A stretch of 64,000 nucleotides of DNA, from contig CAMAWP010000003.1 in the NCBI GenBank assembly GCA_945861765.1, positions 7,087-71,086 on the forward strand. Direction: 5' to 3'. Source of the stretch: Akkermansia muciniphila (GTDB lineage: Bacteria > Verrucomicrobiota > Verrucomicrobiia > Limisphaerales > SIBE01). Positions 30,011 to 40,864 of the stretch are shown here, in pieces; position 1 is the first letter of the stretch, and each line of letters opens with the position of its first letter. The position numbers and the translations under genes are program-made. Under the pieces are notes generated by a model. It searched no databases, was not told where the DNA came from, and saw only the letters and a list, made by a program, of their open reading frames with translations.

Positions 30011-31723
30011 ATGCGTTGGACTCAAACCCTAATCCCGACACTGAAAGAAACGCCTGCCGATGCGGAGATACGCTCTCACCAATTATTGGTCCGGGCAGGA
30101 TTGGTTCGTAAGGTCACCGCCGGCCTTTACACGCTCCTGCCGCTTGGCCTCCGAGTCGTGCGCAAAGTCGAAGCAATCATCCGCGAGGAAATGAATCGCG
30201 CAGGAGCGCTCGAGGTCTTGATGCCCGCGCTTCAACCGACCGAGATCTGGCAAAAGAGCGGCCGCTATGAATCCATGCGCGATGTTTTTTTCAAAGCACG
30301 GGATCGCGCTAAAAAAGAGTGGATTCTTGGTCCCACTCACGAAGAGGTGATCACGATGTTGGTCGCCGGTGAAATCAATTCCTATCGCCAGTTGCCAAAG
30401 AACTTTTATCAGATTCAAATCAAATTTCGCGATGAAATCCGCCCTCGCTTTGGTCTGATGCGAGCCAAGGAATTCATCATGAAGGATGCCTACAGCTTCG
30501 ATGCCTCGGACGAGGCGGCTCAGGTGAGTTACCAGAAAATGTACGATGCTTACGTGCAAATCTTTCAGCGCTGCGGACTCAAGGCAATGCCAGTGGAAGC
30601 CGATACGGGCGTCATGGGAGGGAAATTCTCTCACGAATTCATGGTTCCTGCTGAAACCGGTGAAAGCGAAGTCGCTTACTGTGAGACTGGGCATTACGCC
30701 GCGAACGTTGAAAAGGCCATCAGCCAGCTTCCTCAAGTTTCAAATCCCAAATCGAACACCCCGAACCTCCCCGAGAAATTCCCCACCCCGGGCGTCGTTA
30801 CTATCGAGGCTTTGACCAAAGCGCCACACAATGTTCTGGCCGAGCAGCAAATTAAAACCCTGGTCTATTGTGTCGATAGCAAGCCGATCCTAATCCTATT
30901 GCGTGGAGACCATCAACTCAACGACGCCAAACTCACGGCCGCCGTCGGGACAGGTAATTTCCGCCCGGCTTCGGAGGAGGAAATAGTCGCCGCTTTGGGG
31001 GCGCATCCAGGAAGCCTCGGTGCCGTCGGCATCACAACGCTCCCGGTCTATGCCGATGAAATGCTGAGAGGCGGCGAGGGTATGACCACCGGAGCGAACG
31101 AGGATGGTTTTCACTGGCGTTACGTTGCAATTGATCGAGACATTTCAGTGACAAAATGGGCTGACCTAAGGCTTGTCAAGGCGGGTGAACCTTGCTCGGT
31201 TTGCGGTCAGTCGTTGCAAATCCGCCGAGCCATCGAGGTCGGGCATGTTTTTAGGCTGGGCACAAAGTACAGCGAGGCGCTCGGAGCACTTTTCCTAGAT
31301 GAGGCTGGGAAACAACAGCCGGCTATCATGGGGTGTTACGGAATCGGTGTGACGCGCACGATGCAAGCTGTCATCGAACAATGCCAAGACAAGGATGGAA
31401 TCATTTGGCCGATGTCCGTCGCTCCATTTACCGTCTGTCTGACTCCATTGAACATTACCGTTGGCCATCCTGTGATGATACTGGCCGAAAAACTTTACCA
31501 AGACTTAACCGCTCACTCCGTCGATGTCATCTTGGATGATCGTGATGAGCGGCCGGGCGTAAAGTTCAAAGATTCCGAGCTGATCGGTTTTCCGGTTCGA
31601 ATTGGTATTGGCGAAAAATCTCTCGCTCGAGGCGAGGTCGAGATTAAGGTTCGCGGCGGGTCGATGATTTTAGCAAAAGCGGAGGAAACGGTATCGAAGG
31701 TTTTGGAATTGCTCAAGCGATAG
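30011..31723 (+). CDS. proS: Proline--tRNA ligase (with INS editing domain)
   Basis: LGPTHEE, FRDEIRPRFGLMR, HPGSLG, IEVGHVF, MGCYGIGV. Confidence 0.98.
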   Translation: MRWTQTLIPTLKETPADAEIRSHQLLVRAGLVRKVTAGLYTLLPLGLRVVRKVEAIIREEMNRAGALEVLMPALQPTEIWQKSGRYESMRDVFFKARDRAKKEWILGPTHEEVITMLVAGEINSYRQLPKNFYQIQIKFRDEIRPRFGLMRAKEFIMKDAYSFDASDEAAQVSYQKMYDAYVQIFQRCGLKAMPVEADTGVMGGKFSHEFMVPAETGESEVAYCETGHYAANVEKAISQLPQVSNPKSNTPNLPEKFPTPGVVTIEALTKAPHNVLAEQQIKTLVYCVDSKPILILLRGDHQLNDAKLTAAVGTGNFRPASEEEIVAALGAHPGSLGAVGITTLPVYADEMLRGGEGMTTGANEDGFHWRYVAIDRDISVTKWADLRLVKAGEPCSVCGQSLQIRRAIEVGHVFRLGTKYSEALGALFLDEAGKQQPAIMGCYGIGVTRTMQAVIEQCQDKDGIIWPMSVAPFTVCLTPLNITVGHPVMILAEKLYQDLTAHSVDVILDDRDERPGVKFKDSELIGFPVRIGIGEKSLARGEVEIKVRGGSMILAKAEETVSKVLELLKR

Positions 31724-31858
31724 ATACGCGTCAGGGAACGCTGGTTCCGGTGTGCCGTCAAACGCACACTTCCGATTTCGCAGCAGGTGGTGAATAGGAT
31801 TTGACACCGTTTGCCAACCGACATAGAAACCTTCCATTCCGCGCACCCACTAATTGCT

Positions 31859-32698
31859 ATGAAAATCTTTCAACAAACCGTTTTACGCCCGTCTCCGACC
31901 CGCCTTCGCTCCGGGGGATTTACCTTGATCGAATTGCTTGTCGTGATTGCGATCATCGCCATCCTCGCGGGGATGCTGTTGCCCGCCTTGGCCAAGTCCA
32001 AAACCAAAGCTCAAGGCATTTCCTGCATGAACAACCTCCGCCAGATGATGCTGGGATGGAAGCTCTATGCGGACGACTTCGATGACACGCTCCTCGCCGC
32101 GCTCGATATGTCCCCCAATCCCGCTCGGCGCGTCAGGTGGGTCACCGGCAATCTGGATTTTGGCACGGGTGCGAGCAATTGGAATGTGACGAACGACATT
32201 GCAAAGAGCCCGTTGATGCCCTACATCGGTAACAATTATTCCCTTTGGAAATGTCCGGCCGATAAAGCGACCGTCACTGTTGCTGGCAAGAAAATGCCTC
32301 GTGTCCGGAGTAACTCGATGAGCCAGGTTTTTGATAACGGCGGTTGGCTGCCCGCGGGCCCGTGGCGGATTTATCAAAAATCAGGTGATATCATTATTCC
32401 TACGAAAACGTGGGTTCTGGGTGATGAGCATCCGGACAGCATTAACGACGCGGCGATGGCTGTGCAAATGCCGTTAGCCGGCGGCAAAACTGGCAACATC
32501 ATAGATTTCCCTGCCAGCTACCACAACGGAGCCTGCGGATTCTCTTTTGCGGACGGTCATTCCGATATCCGCAAATGGATCGGTTCAAAGATTAAAGCGC
32601 CCGCAAAATATAATGGATCTCTTGCTCTCAATGTTCCGTTCGGCGACTCCGAGAGAGACGTCATCTGGTGGGAAGACAATACCACGGTGGCAAAGTAG
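31859..32698 (+). CDS. Prepilin-type N-terminal cleavage / H-X9-DG domain protein
   Basis: [25 protein letters not shown]; [13 protein letters not shown]. Confidence 0.92.
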   Translation: MKIFQQTVLRPSPTRLRSGGFTLIELLVVIAIIAILAGMLLPALAKSKTKAQGISCMNNLRQMMLGWKLYADDFDDTLLAALDMSPNPARRVRWVTGNLDFGTGASNWNVTNDIAKSPLMPYIGNNYSLWKCPADKATVTVAGKKMPRVRSNSMSQVFDNGGWLPAGPWRIYQKSGDIIIPTKTWVLGDEHPDSINDAAMAVQMPLAGGKTGNIIDFPASYHNGACGFSFADGHSDIRKWIGSKIKAPAKYNGSLALNVPFGDSERDVIWWEDNTTVAK

Positions 32699-32846
32699 TC
32701 ATCTCTCCTCTTCTCGGGTGGTTTAACCTCGGTACAAAACATGTGCCTTTAAACGCACACGCGCTTTTGCCTCTCGAATGCAATAATCCTTTGACAAATT
32801 CCGAGAGAATTCATAGAAGCGCATAGTTCCACTTATCCAAATTGCT

Positions 32847-33755
32847 ATGAGAAATAACAAACAACTTAACTCCTTTCGTCTGCCAACGAAAAATGTTCGC
32901 GCTGGCGGATTTACGCTCATCGAACTTCTGGTCGTTATCGCGATCATTGCCATTCTTGCAGGGATGCTCTTACCCGCTCTGGCAAAAGCAAAAACAAAGG
33001 CACAAGGCATCTCCTGTATGAACAACGGCAAGCAGATGATGCTTGCCATGCATCTTTACGGTGGCGACTTCGACGATCTTCTTCCTCCAAACCCTGACGA
33101 CGGCAACACGTCGGTGGGGAGAAACTGGTGCCCTGGCCAGTCTGGACGGGGTGGCGCGGAAGAATTTAATCCCGACATTCTTGATGATCCGACGAGATCG
33201 CTTTTAGTCCCTTACGGTGTTAACCATAGTCTCTTCAAGTGCCCAGCGGATAAACGAACCGGAAAATATGGAGGGAAGGACCCGGCTCAGAAAGGGAAAC
33301 TAGTCCCAGCCGCGCGGTCGTTTTCGATGAGTCAAAATGTTGGGACGAACCCCAACGGAGGAGCAAAAGTCGCCGTCGATGGTCCGTGGCTTGACGGCAG
33401 TCATGGTCATACTCTCGGTAAGACCTGGTACACCTATGGCAAGCTCTCTAACATTAACGACCCGGGCCCCGCTAACTTAATTGTGCTCCTTGATGAGGAT
33501 GACAACAGCATTAATGACGCTGGGTTTGCAATCATCGGGCCGAAGACTCCGTTTAATTATCAAATGATTGATTGGCCAGGCACTTACCACAATAATGCTT
33601 GCGGTTTCGCCTTCGCCGACGGGCACTCGGAAATTCACAAATTCAAAGATTACCGGTCCAAAGTTTATAAAGGAAATGTCAGAATCAGTAATCAGAAGGA
33701 TAACCAAGATATCTTGTGGATGTCAGAGCACGGTTCAGCTCTGATCAAGAAGTAA
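32847..33755 (+). CDS. Prepilin-type N-terminal cleavage / H-X9-DG domain protein (tandem paralog)
   Basis: [25 protein letters not shown]; [13 protein letters not shown]. Confidence 0.92.
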   Translation: MRNNKQLNSFRLPTKNVRAGGFTLIELLVVIAIIAILAGMLLPALAKAKTKAQGISCMNNGKQMMLAMHLYGGDFDDLLPPNPDDGNTSVGRNWCPGQSGRGGAEEFNPDILDDPTRSLLVPYGVNHSLFKCPADKRTGKYGGKDPAQKGKLVPAARSFSMSQNVGTNPNGGAKVAVDGPWLDGSHGHTLGKTWYTYGKLSNINDPGPANLIVLLDEDDNSINDAGFAIIGPKTPFNYQMIDWPGTYHNNACGFAFADGHSEIHKFKDYRSKVYKGNVRISNQKDNQDILWMSEHGSALIKK

Positions 33756-33786
33756 TTTAGACTGCACTTAACGAAAGTCTTTCATC

Positions 33787-33825
33787 TACCGCATCACTGT
33801 TCTCAGGTGATGCGGTATTTTATTT
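33787..33825 (+). terminator. Rho-independent terminator
   Basis: TACCGCATCAC / GTGATGCGGTA 11-bp stem followed by TTTTATTT. Confidence 0.85.
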
Positions 33826-33970
33826 CTGCCGTCAGTTGGGCTCCTGGCCACCGCGCAAACGGTCTTGCTATCCCTCCTTCTCCGGCCTCGTCACGTTGAA
33901 GAGTTGCGTTCTCTTTTCTCTGCCCGATCTTTGCTTTCCAAATTCTCCGGCTTTGCGTTAGCTACACGTC

Positions 33971-34777
33971 ATGTCCTTTTACGACACTCATGCCCACCTG
34001 GATTACCCTGAGTACGCGGACGATTTGCCGCAGGTCATTGAACGTGCTCAGGCTGCGGGGATTTCTAAGATCATTAGCATCGGCACCGATCTCGATAGCA
34101 GTGCGCGGGCGATCCAGTTGAGCGAACATTTTGAGAACATCTTCGCAGCGGTCGGTTGGCATCCGAGTAATGCATCTGAAGCGCCCGAGGATCTGCGTCC
34201 CCCGCTGCGAGAAATGGCTCGTCATCCTAAGGTCGTCGCCATAGGAGAAACGGGACTCGATTACTATCGTTTGCCGAGCCAGAAGCCCGAATTTGGGGTT
34301 GAAGACGATGCAAGGTATAAGAAAAAGCAATCCGAAATCTTCCGACAACAATTGGAGGTTGCGGCTGAGTTTGGTTTGAATTGTGTCATTCACCAACGCG
34401 ACTCGCTGGAAGATACCTTGGCTGAGATTGAGCCGTTTGTCGGGCGAGTGCGAGGTGTCTTTCACTGCTTTGTGAATGATGCAGCGACGATGCAGCGTAT
34501 CCTTGAAATGGGGTCATTGGTCAGCTTCACAGGTATTTTGACTTTCAAGAATGCTCAAAACGTTCGAGACACCTTGGGTGCCACACCATTTGATCAGTTC
34601 ATGCTGGAAACGGATTGCCCTTATCTGGCACCGGCGCCTTACCGTGGCAAGCGATGTGAACCTGCCTACGTCCGGGAAATCGCAGAAGCAGCAGCTCAGG
34701 TTAAAAACTGCACAATCGAGGAGTTGGGTCGAGTGACGTGTTTGACCGCCGAAAAGTTTTTCCCCAAGTTGGGCTGA
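33971..34777 (+). CDS. tatD: TatD family DNase
   Basis: DTHAHL, GWHP, IGETGLDYY, ETDCPYLAP. Confidence 0.95.
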   Translation: MSFYDTHAHLDYPEYADDLPQVIERAQAAGISKIISIGTDLDSSARAIQLSEHFENIFAAVGWHPSNASEAPEDLRPPLREMARHPKVVAIGETGLDYYRLPSQKPEFGVEDDARYKKKQSEIFRQQLEVAAEFGLNCVIHQRDSLEDTLAEIEPFVGRVRGVFHCFVNDAATMQRILEMGSLVSFTGILTFKNAQNVRDTLGATPFDQFMLETDCPYLAPAPYRGKRCEPAYVREIAEAAAQVKNCTIEELGRVTCLTAEKFFPKLG

Positions 34778-34859
34778 TCTCAGATCCTCATCGGCGCAGA
34801 GGCAGGCCTTCCATGGCCGGGACAGAAAAACGACAAGCGAGTTATCGAAGTTGTGTTAT

Positions 34860-35156
34860 CTAACTTGCCGGGCGCAATGTTTCCTGAATAAAACCAAGAC
34901 TCAATCCACGGATAAGGACCACTTTGTGCCTCGATCCCTGGCCCTTGACGAGTTGAACGGCGCCGCGAGGACAATCCAGCACATCGGCCAGCAAACGGAG
35001 AAGAGCTTCGTTCGCAGCTTGATCAACGGGTGGCGACGTGACTCTGATCTTCAGTTCAGAACCGAGCGCTTCATCAATGCCATTCTTCGACGCTCGCGGT
35101 TGGAGTTTAACAGAAAGCAGAACTCCGTCGGCATGAATGCGGAGAAATGGCGGCAT
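34860..35156 (-). CDS. yggU: DUF167/YggU family protein
   Basis: VKLQPRAS, PPVDQAANEAL, GQGSRHK. Confidence 0.9.
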   Translation of the reverse strand: MPPFLRIHADGVLLSVKLQPRASKNGIDEALGSELKIRVTSPPVDQAANEALLRLLADVLDCPRGAVQLVKGQGSRHKVVLIRGLSLGFIQETLRPAS

Positions 35157-35159
35157 CGG

Positions 35160-36002
35160 TCAAAAAGGGAGGCGTTGATAAAGTAGAGGAAGCCAGTTTC
35201 GCCCGAGGGTTTCGATGAACAAAACTGCGGCTATCCCGACGACTGGTGAGAGATCGACCCGTCCAATTCGAAGAGGCAGCCAGGCAACCGGTCGAAACAG
35301 ACTGCGAGCGGTAAGGTTCACAAAATGCCAGAAAGGAGCGTTGCCGAGATACACATAAGTGTTCAACAGATGGAGCAGGAGCAATCCGAGGAGAAGGAAT
35401 TTCCAAACCAAGACCGCTGCTATCCCGAGCAAGGCGGCTTGCTGCCACAGGAGGTTAGTCGAAACGGGAGCAGGAATAATTCCCAACCGCTCCAGACCTG
35501 GATTCACTAGTACCCAGAGCAAGGCAGCAATCAGTGTTGGTAAAAAAAATCTCATAATGGCCGGAAACCGTTCGAGCCATCCCAGGTGGAATCGAAGCAA
35601 CTTTTGGAATGGGTCGCTGTCGGTGACCTTGTGATTCACAGCGGAGATCAGGAGTAGCCAACCGTAGAAGCCAGCAAGCAACAAGCCAAAGCTGGAAGCT
35701 GAGAAGATCAACATCGGTAGAAAATAGTCACTCCGGAAGGGGAGGGTGATAGCAATCAAGTCGATGACGGGAGTCCAGTTTGTCGCCGACCCCATGTGCC
35801 AATAGAATAGGCCTCGAATCAGCAGTAGAGCGAGCAAACTCACCAGATAGAGCCAGCGAGCTGCAAACTTCGGTTCAGTTCGTTTAAGCGTTAAAAGGAG
35901 TGAAAGCTTGGCGGTTGAATCGATGGTCACGAAGCCGATCGAACGCCAATTCAGCCAGAGGAGCAAACAGGCTACATTGAGAATCTGGTGAATCAGAATC
36001 AT
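35160..36002 (-). CDS. yggT: YggT family membrane protein
   Basis: Hydrophobic; C-terminal PLRIGRVDLSPVV motif; adjacent to yggU. Confidence 0.75.
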   Translation of the reverse strand: MILIHQILNVACLLLWLNWRSIGFVTIDSTAKLSLLLTLKRTEPKFAARWLYLVSLLALLLIRGLFYWHMGSATNWTPVIDLIAITLPFRSDYFLPMLIFSASSFGLLLAGFYGWLLLISAVNHKVTDSDPFQKLLRFHLGWLERFPAIMRFFLPTLIAALLWVLVNPGLERLGIIPAPVSTNLLWQQAALLGIAAVLVWKFLLLGLLLLHLLNTYVYLGNAPFWHFVNLTARSLFRPVAWLPLRIGRVDLSPVVGIAAVLFIETLGRNWLPLLYQRLPF

Positions 36003-36091
36003 GCCCTAAATCAGTCGGCACACGACGGTGATCGGTAGCGCGAGGGGCTTGATCTCACCTTTCCTACAGCCCCGTATCTTAACGACCTCTT

Positions 36092-36982
36092 TTACATTAA
36101 CTTGAGTAGTGTATCGGCCATCTCTGACGGCGTGGAAGCCACTCCAATTCCTGCGTCCTGGAAAGCGGCGATCTTTGCGGCAGCTGTGCCTTTCCCTCCA
36201 CTGACGATAGCTCCGGCATGGCCCATGCGACGTCCCGGGGGAGCCGTCGCGCCAGCAATAAATCCTGCAACCGGTTTCTTACAGTTCTGTTTGATCCATT
36301 CCGCCGCTTCTTCCTCAGCCGAGCCGCCGATTTCCCCGATCATGATGATGCCATGCGTTTCGGGATCTGCACTGAACATTTTGATAACATCCAAGTGCGA
36401 TGTGCCATTGACAGGGTCGCCGCCGATGCCAACGCAGGTCGATTGCCCAACACCACGGCAGGTCAGTTGCCACACGGCCTCGTAGGTCAAGGTTCCGCTC
36501 CGAGAGACTACTCCCACATGGCCTTTTTTGTGAATGTAGCCGGGTGCAATTCCAATGCGACAGCCGCCGTGCGAGTCCTTGCCTTCGCCTGGCGCCACAA
36601 TGCCAGGGCAATTGGGTCCAATGAGCCGCGTTTTCTTCCCTTGCATCGCTCGTTTGACTTTGACCATGTCGTTGACTGGGATGCCTTCGGTAATACAGAC
36701 CACGAGGTCGAGCCCGGCATCGACTCCTTCGAGGATGGCATCTGCAGCGAACGGTGGCGGAACGAAGATGGCCGAGACCGTGGCGCCGGTTTGCTGGGCG
36801 GCTTGGGCCACCGTATCGAAGATGGGAACTCTGTTTTCAAAGAGCTGTCCGCCTTTGCCGGGCGTGACGCCGGCAACAATTTGAGTTCCATAGGCCAGAC
36901 TCAGTTGAGTGTGGCGCGTGCCAAAGCCGCCCGTGATGCCTTGAACAAGAACCTTGGTGGAAGGGTTAACTAAAATTGACAT
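36092..36982 (-). CDS. sucD: Succinate--CoA ligase alpha subunit
   Basis: [27 protein letters not shown]. Confidence 0.98.
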   Translation of the reverse strand: MSILVNPSTKVLVQGITGGFGTRHTQLSLAYGTQIVAGVTPGKGGQLFENRVPIFDTVAQAAQQTGATVSAIFVPPPFAADAILEGVDAGLDLVVCITEGIPVNDMVKVKRAMQGKKTRLIGPNCPGIVAPGEGKDSHGGCRIGIAPGYIHKKGHVGVVSRSGTLTYEAVWQLTCRGVGQSTCVGIGGDPVNGTSHLDVIKMFSADPETHGIIMIGEIGGSAEEEAAEWIKQNCKKPVAGFIAGATAPPGRRMGHAGAIVSGGKGTAAAKIAAFQDAGIGVASTPSEMADTLLKLM

Positions 36983-37066
36983 AATGTGCGAACCACGAAC
37001 GATTGTGGCATTTCCAGCCCGACGGGTTTCCGGCGGTTAAGTTGAATGTTGCGCGCATTCTTGCTG

Positions 37067-38272
37067 CTAGTTGTTTACAGCCTTGACCACTTTCTGTGCG
37101 GCATCAGCCATTGACTCGCCGCCGATGATTGTCAGCCCAGATTCCTGCAAAATCTTCTTTCCCAGTGCCACATTGTTTCCTTCTAGTCGCACGACGAGTG
37201 GGAGATTAAGATGAGTTTCTTTGACGGCCGCGACAATGCCAGTGGCTATGATATCGCATTGCATGATTCCCCCAAAAATATTGACCAAAATGGCTTTCAC
37301 ATTTGGATCGCTTAAGATGATCTTGAAAGCAGCGGTGACCTGCTCTTTGCTCGCGCCGCCCCCGACGTCTAGGAAGTTGGCCGGGCTGCCGCCATAGTGC
37401 TGAATGATATCCATCGTCGCCATGGCTAAACCGGCTCCGTTGACCAGGCACGCAATATTTCCGTCCAACTTAATGTAATTTAAGTTGAATTTGCTGGCCT
37501 CAATTTCGAGCGGAGCTTCTTCGCCCAAGTCGCGCATTTCCTGGATATTCTTGTGCCGATAAAGGGCGTTGTCATCGAGCGAGATCTTGGCGTCCACCGC
37601 GATCAGCGCTTCTTTGCCATCGGCGGTTTCCACGACGCAAAGAGGGTTGATCTCGAGCAATGAAGCGTCGCAATCCCACCACGTCTTGTAGATTCCTTGC
37701 AGCAGTTTGGTAGCTTGGTTGATCAACTCACCCTTCAATCCCAAAGCGGCCGCCAGCTTGCGCGATTGGTAAGGCATGAGTCCTATGGCTGGATCAATCT
37801 CTTCCTTGATTATTTTCTCGGGCGTTTTTGCGGCGACTTCTTCGATGTCCATTCCGCCCTCTGAACTAGCCATCACGAGGGGCCGCGATGAGGCGCGATC
37901 CAGGAGAACAGCGAGATAGAATTCTTTCTTGATGTTCGAAGCCGCTTCCACAAGGACTTTCTGAATGAGGCGTCCTTCGGCTCCCGTTTGCTTGGTCACA
38001 AGGACTTGTCCAAGCATCGCGTGCGCCATCTGATAAGCCTGCTCGGCGGATGAACAAACCTTAACACCTCCTTGAAACCCGGTCTTAAAAGTGCCTTTAC
38101 CGCGCCCACCCGCATGAGTTTGCGACTTCACAACCACGCGTTTGGCACCGCTCGCGAACTGTGTTTCGGCAATCCGTTTTGCTTCCTCGGCCGTGGAACA
38201 GACTTGGCCCGGCGGCACCAGGACGCCGCTTTGAGCGAGCAGTTGCTTCGCTTGGTATTCGTGGAGATTCAT
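37067..38272 (-). CDS. sucC: Succinate--CoA ligase beta subunit
   Basis: [38 protein letters not shown]. Confidence 0.98.
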   Translation of the reverse strand: MNLHEYQAKQLLAQSGVLVPPGQVCSTAEEAKRIAETQFASGAKRVVVKSQTHAGGRGKGTFKTGFQGGVKVCSSAEQAYQMAHAMLGQVLVTKQTGAEGRLIQKVLVEAASNIKKEFYLAVLLDRASSRPLVMASSEGGMDIEEVAAKTPEKIIKEEIDPAIGLMPYQSRKLAAALGLKGELINQATKLLQGIYKTWWDCDASLLEINPLCVVETADGKEALIAVDAKISLDDNALYRHKNIQEMRDLGEEAPLEIEASKFNLNYIKLDGNIACLVNGAGLAMATMDIIQHYGGSPANFLDVGGGASKEQVTAAFKIILSDPNVKAILVNIFGGIMQCDIIATGIVAAVKETHLNLPLVVRLEGNNVALGKKILQESGLTIIGGESMADAAQKVVKAVNN

Positions 38273-38353
38273 CTAGAGGTTTAGATTTAAAAGAGGCAAG
38301 GCGCGAATCTGACGCAGAATTCACGTCGGTTCGGACTCTTACTGAAGAGCGAC

Positions 38354-39484
38354 TTATCGTTGATCGATCGGTACGACTTTGAGACCAGATTGGCCGGTGT
38401 AAGTGCTTTGTGGCCGGATCAAACGATTGTCAGCCAATTGCTCCAGAACGTGCGCGGTCCAACCTGCAGTGCGGGCAATGGCGAAGATCGGAGTAAAAAG
38501 ATCGGTCGGAATACCGAGCGAGAAATAGACCGTTGCTGAGTAAAAATCGACATTTGCGTTCAGATTTTTTTCCTTGAGCATGATTTCTGCGATCCGTTCG
38601 CTCATCTGGATCCATTTGGGGTCGCCGAGTTTTTCACTCAAGATCTGGGCCATGCGCTTGAGGTGCGGTGCGCGAGGATCGAGTGTTTTATAGATGCGAT
38701 GGCCGATGCCCATGATCTTCTTCTTTTGCGTCAGACAATCGGCAATGTAGGCATCCACTTTGTCCGGGGAGCCGATTTCTTGAAGCATCTTGATCACGCC
38801 TTCGTTTGCGCCACCGTGGAGCGGGCCTTTGAGTGTGCCAATGGCTGATGTAATTGCGGAATACATGTCGCTCAAAGTGGCAATTGTCACCCGGGCACTG
38901 AAGGTCGAGGCATTCATCCCATGGTCGGCGTGGAGCACGTAGCACATGTCCATAGTCTGCTCCTTCTCACCTGACGGCTTCGCGCCGTCAATCAGGTACA
39001 GGAAGTTGGCAGCTTCGCCCAACGCCGGATCTGGCGGCAGGATGCTTTTGCCTTGGCGGGCGCGATGAAAATAGGCGGTGACAATCGGGATCTGGGCGAT
39101 TAACCGAATCGCCTTGTTCTTTTGAGCTTCTGGTGAATCATCCTCGGCTTGCGGGTCAAAGCAGCCTAGCGCCGAAACAGCCGTCCGAATCGCATGCATC
39201 GGCGGGGTGGATTTGGGAAAGCTCTTGATGGTTTCGATCAACGCCTTGGGCAACTCGCGCTCGGAGGCAAGTTTGTTCTTCAGTTCGGTGAGCTCTTTGC
39301 GATTCGGTAAATGCCCCTGATGCAAGAGGTGAACCACCTCTTCGTAGGACACTTTCCCAGCGAGTTCATCGATGTTATAACCACAGTAGATCAGCTGGCC
39401 GATGTCACCGTTGACATCGCTCAAACGGGTGCTCGCAGCGACCACGCCTTCTAGTCCTTTCGGGGAAGCAGCAGGATTAGTCAT
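38354..39484 (-). CDS. gltA: Citrate synthase
   Basis: KGLEGVVA, HADHGMNASTF, GPLHGGAN, GIGHRIY, NVDFYS. Confidence 0.95.
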   Translation of the reverse strand: MTNPAASPKGLEGVVAASTRLSDVNGDIGQLIYCGYNIDELAGKVSYEEVVHLLHQGHLPNRKELTELKNKLASERELPKALIETIKSFPKSTPPMHAIRTAVSALGCFDPQAEDDSPEAQKNKAIRLIAQIPIVTAYFHRARQGKSILPPDPALGEAANFLYLIDGAKPSGEKEQTMDMCYVLHADHGMNASTFSARVTIATLSDMYSAITSAIGTLKGPLHGGANEGVIKMLQEIGSPDKVDAYIADCLTQKKKIMGIGHRIYKTLDPRAPHLKRMAQILSEKLGDPKWIQMSERIAEIMLKEKNLNANVDFYSATVYFSLGIPTDLFTPIFAIARTAGWTAHVLEQLADNRLIRPQSTYTGQSGLKVVPIDQR

Positions 39485-39876
39485 TTAGAAAATTAGTAGA
39501 TTGGTTGATTTCTTCTTATTTGTGCCGGTGAATCTAGGTAACGTGTCTGGACCCGTCAACGGTTTTCCCGGAATTTTCCCTGAACCCACTTGCGCGGTGG
39601 CATTTCACACGCAGATGATCTGAATTCCTATAACATCTGAATTCGTTATACATCCCATGCAGATTAGCACCCTTATTTGCGCGCGCCCTACACATTGATG
39701 TTGCGACATTTAACGAAGCGTGGCGATCTTGTCAGCAGCAACGATTTGTCATGAATTCCCGAGGAGGTCCGGCGCTGTCGATAGGCTGAACCCGTTGCCC
39801 CCATGAAGGCCGGTCTCCGGGCTTAAGATCAGAGTTGCTGGAGATTTTGGACGAGGGCCAGGCTCGAATGAAGCGG

Positions 39877-40128
39877 CTATTTGCTGTTCGATTTGCTGGC
39901 GCTGCTGCTCCCGCTTTTTTTTCCGCCGCCGACTGTGAGAACGGTGCCCGTCAGAAGGCCGATCGCGAAAAACGCCATGTACATATAGGCCGCCGGGAGT
40001 TGAATCGGTTTAGGAACCAAGGGCGGCAACGCGAAGGGGACGGGGCCGCGATTGTTCGCCCCCATCATGACTAAGAGAAGAAGAACAACGATTAGAAAAA
40101 GTGTCTTCAAAAGAAGTTTCGCGTTCAT
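39877..40128 (-). CDS. Small LapA/DUF1049-like membrane protein
   Basis: Two TM segments around GANN..V.F.LP; basic tail. Confidence 0.65.
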   Translation of the reverse strand: MNAKLLLKTLFLIVVLLLLVMMGANNRGPVPFALPPLVPKPIQLPAAYMYMAFFAIGLLTGTVLTVGGGKKSGSSSASKSNSK

Positions 40129-40278
40129 AGGTGCAAATTTTTCCAGACGGTAGGGAATACGCTTGCGGGCGTCAATCAGCATGTGGCTAAATCAGCGTGT
40201 ATTGCGCTTAGCGTGAGACGTATTGGTAGAACCACCTTTTGGGATGTATGACGGATTTGGTAACACACTCTAATTATC

Positions 40279-40833
40279 ATGAGCATTGCCACTAAAACTG
40301 GTGACAGCGGCACGACAGGCTTGATGTATAATCGCCGCGTTTCGAAATGCCATCCACGGGTTGAGGCTTATGGCTGTGTTGATGAACTCAACACCGCGCT
40401 CGGTATGGCTCGTGCCACCAGCGAACACCCGTTTGTTGGTCAGAATCTCCTGGCGATACAGAAAGACCTGGTCATTCTAATGGGCGAATTGGCAACCGGC
40501 GTCGAGGATTTAGCACGTTATGTGAGGGATGGTTTTACTCTCGTTGGGCCTGAAATGACGGCCAAGCTCGATGTGCTTGTAAGGGAGATCGAGTCACTGA
40601 ATGTTAGCTACAGAGGTTGGGTGACGCCGGGGGCGACAATCGATTCTGCTGCCCTCGACCTAGGGCGGACCACTTGTCGGCGTGCCGAGCGCCGCGTGTG
40701 CGCTCTGCAGGAAACGAATCAGCTCCAGAACGCTGAAATCATAATCTATCTCAATCGCTTGTCCGATCTCCTCTGGCTGTTCGCGCGATGGGTGGAGACG
40801 CAGACGACCTCTGGCGCGCCGCAACTCGCGTGA
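40279..40833 (+). CDS. PduO-type cob(I)alamin adenosyltransferase
   Basis: IATKTGDSGTT, AYGCVDELN, RTTCRRAER, YLNRLSDLL. Confidence 0.95.
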   Translation: MSIATKTGDSGTTGLMYNRRVSKCHPRVEAYGCVDELNTALGMARATSEHPFVGQNLLAIQKDLVILMGELATGVEDLARYVRDGFTLVGPEMTAKLDVLVREIESLNVSYRGWVTPGATIDSAALDLGRTTCRRAERRVCALQETNQLQNAEIIIYLNRLSDLLWLFARWVETQTTSGAPQLA

Positions 40834-40864
40834 CGAATTCTTACATCCACTTCGTTCTGCGATT

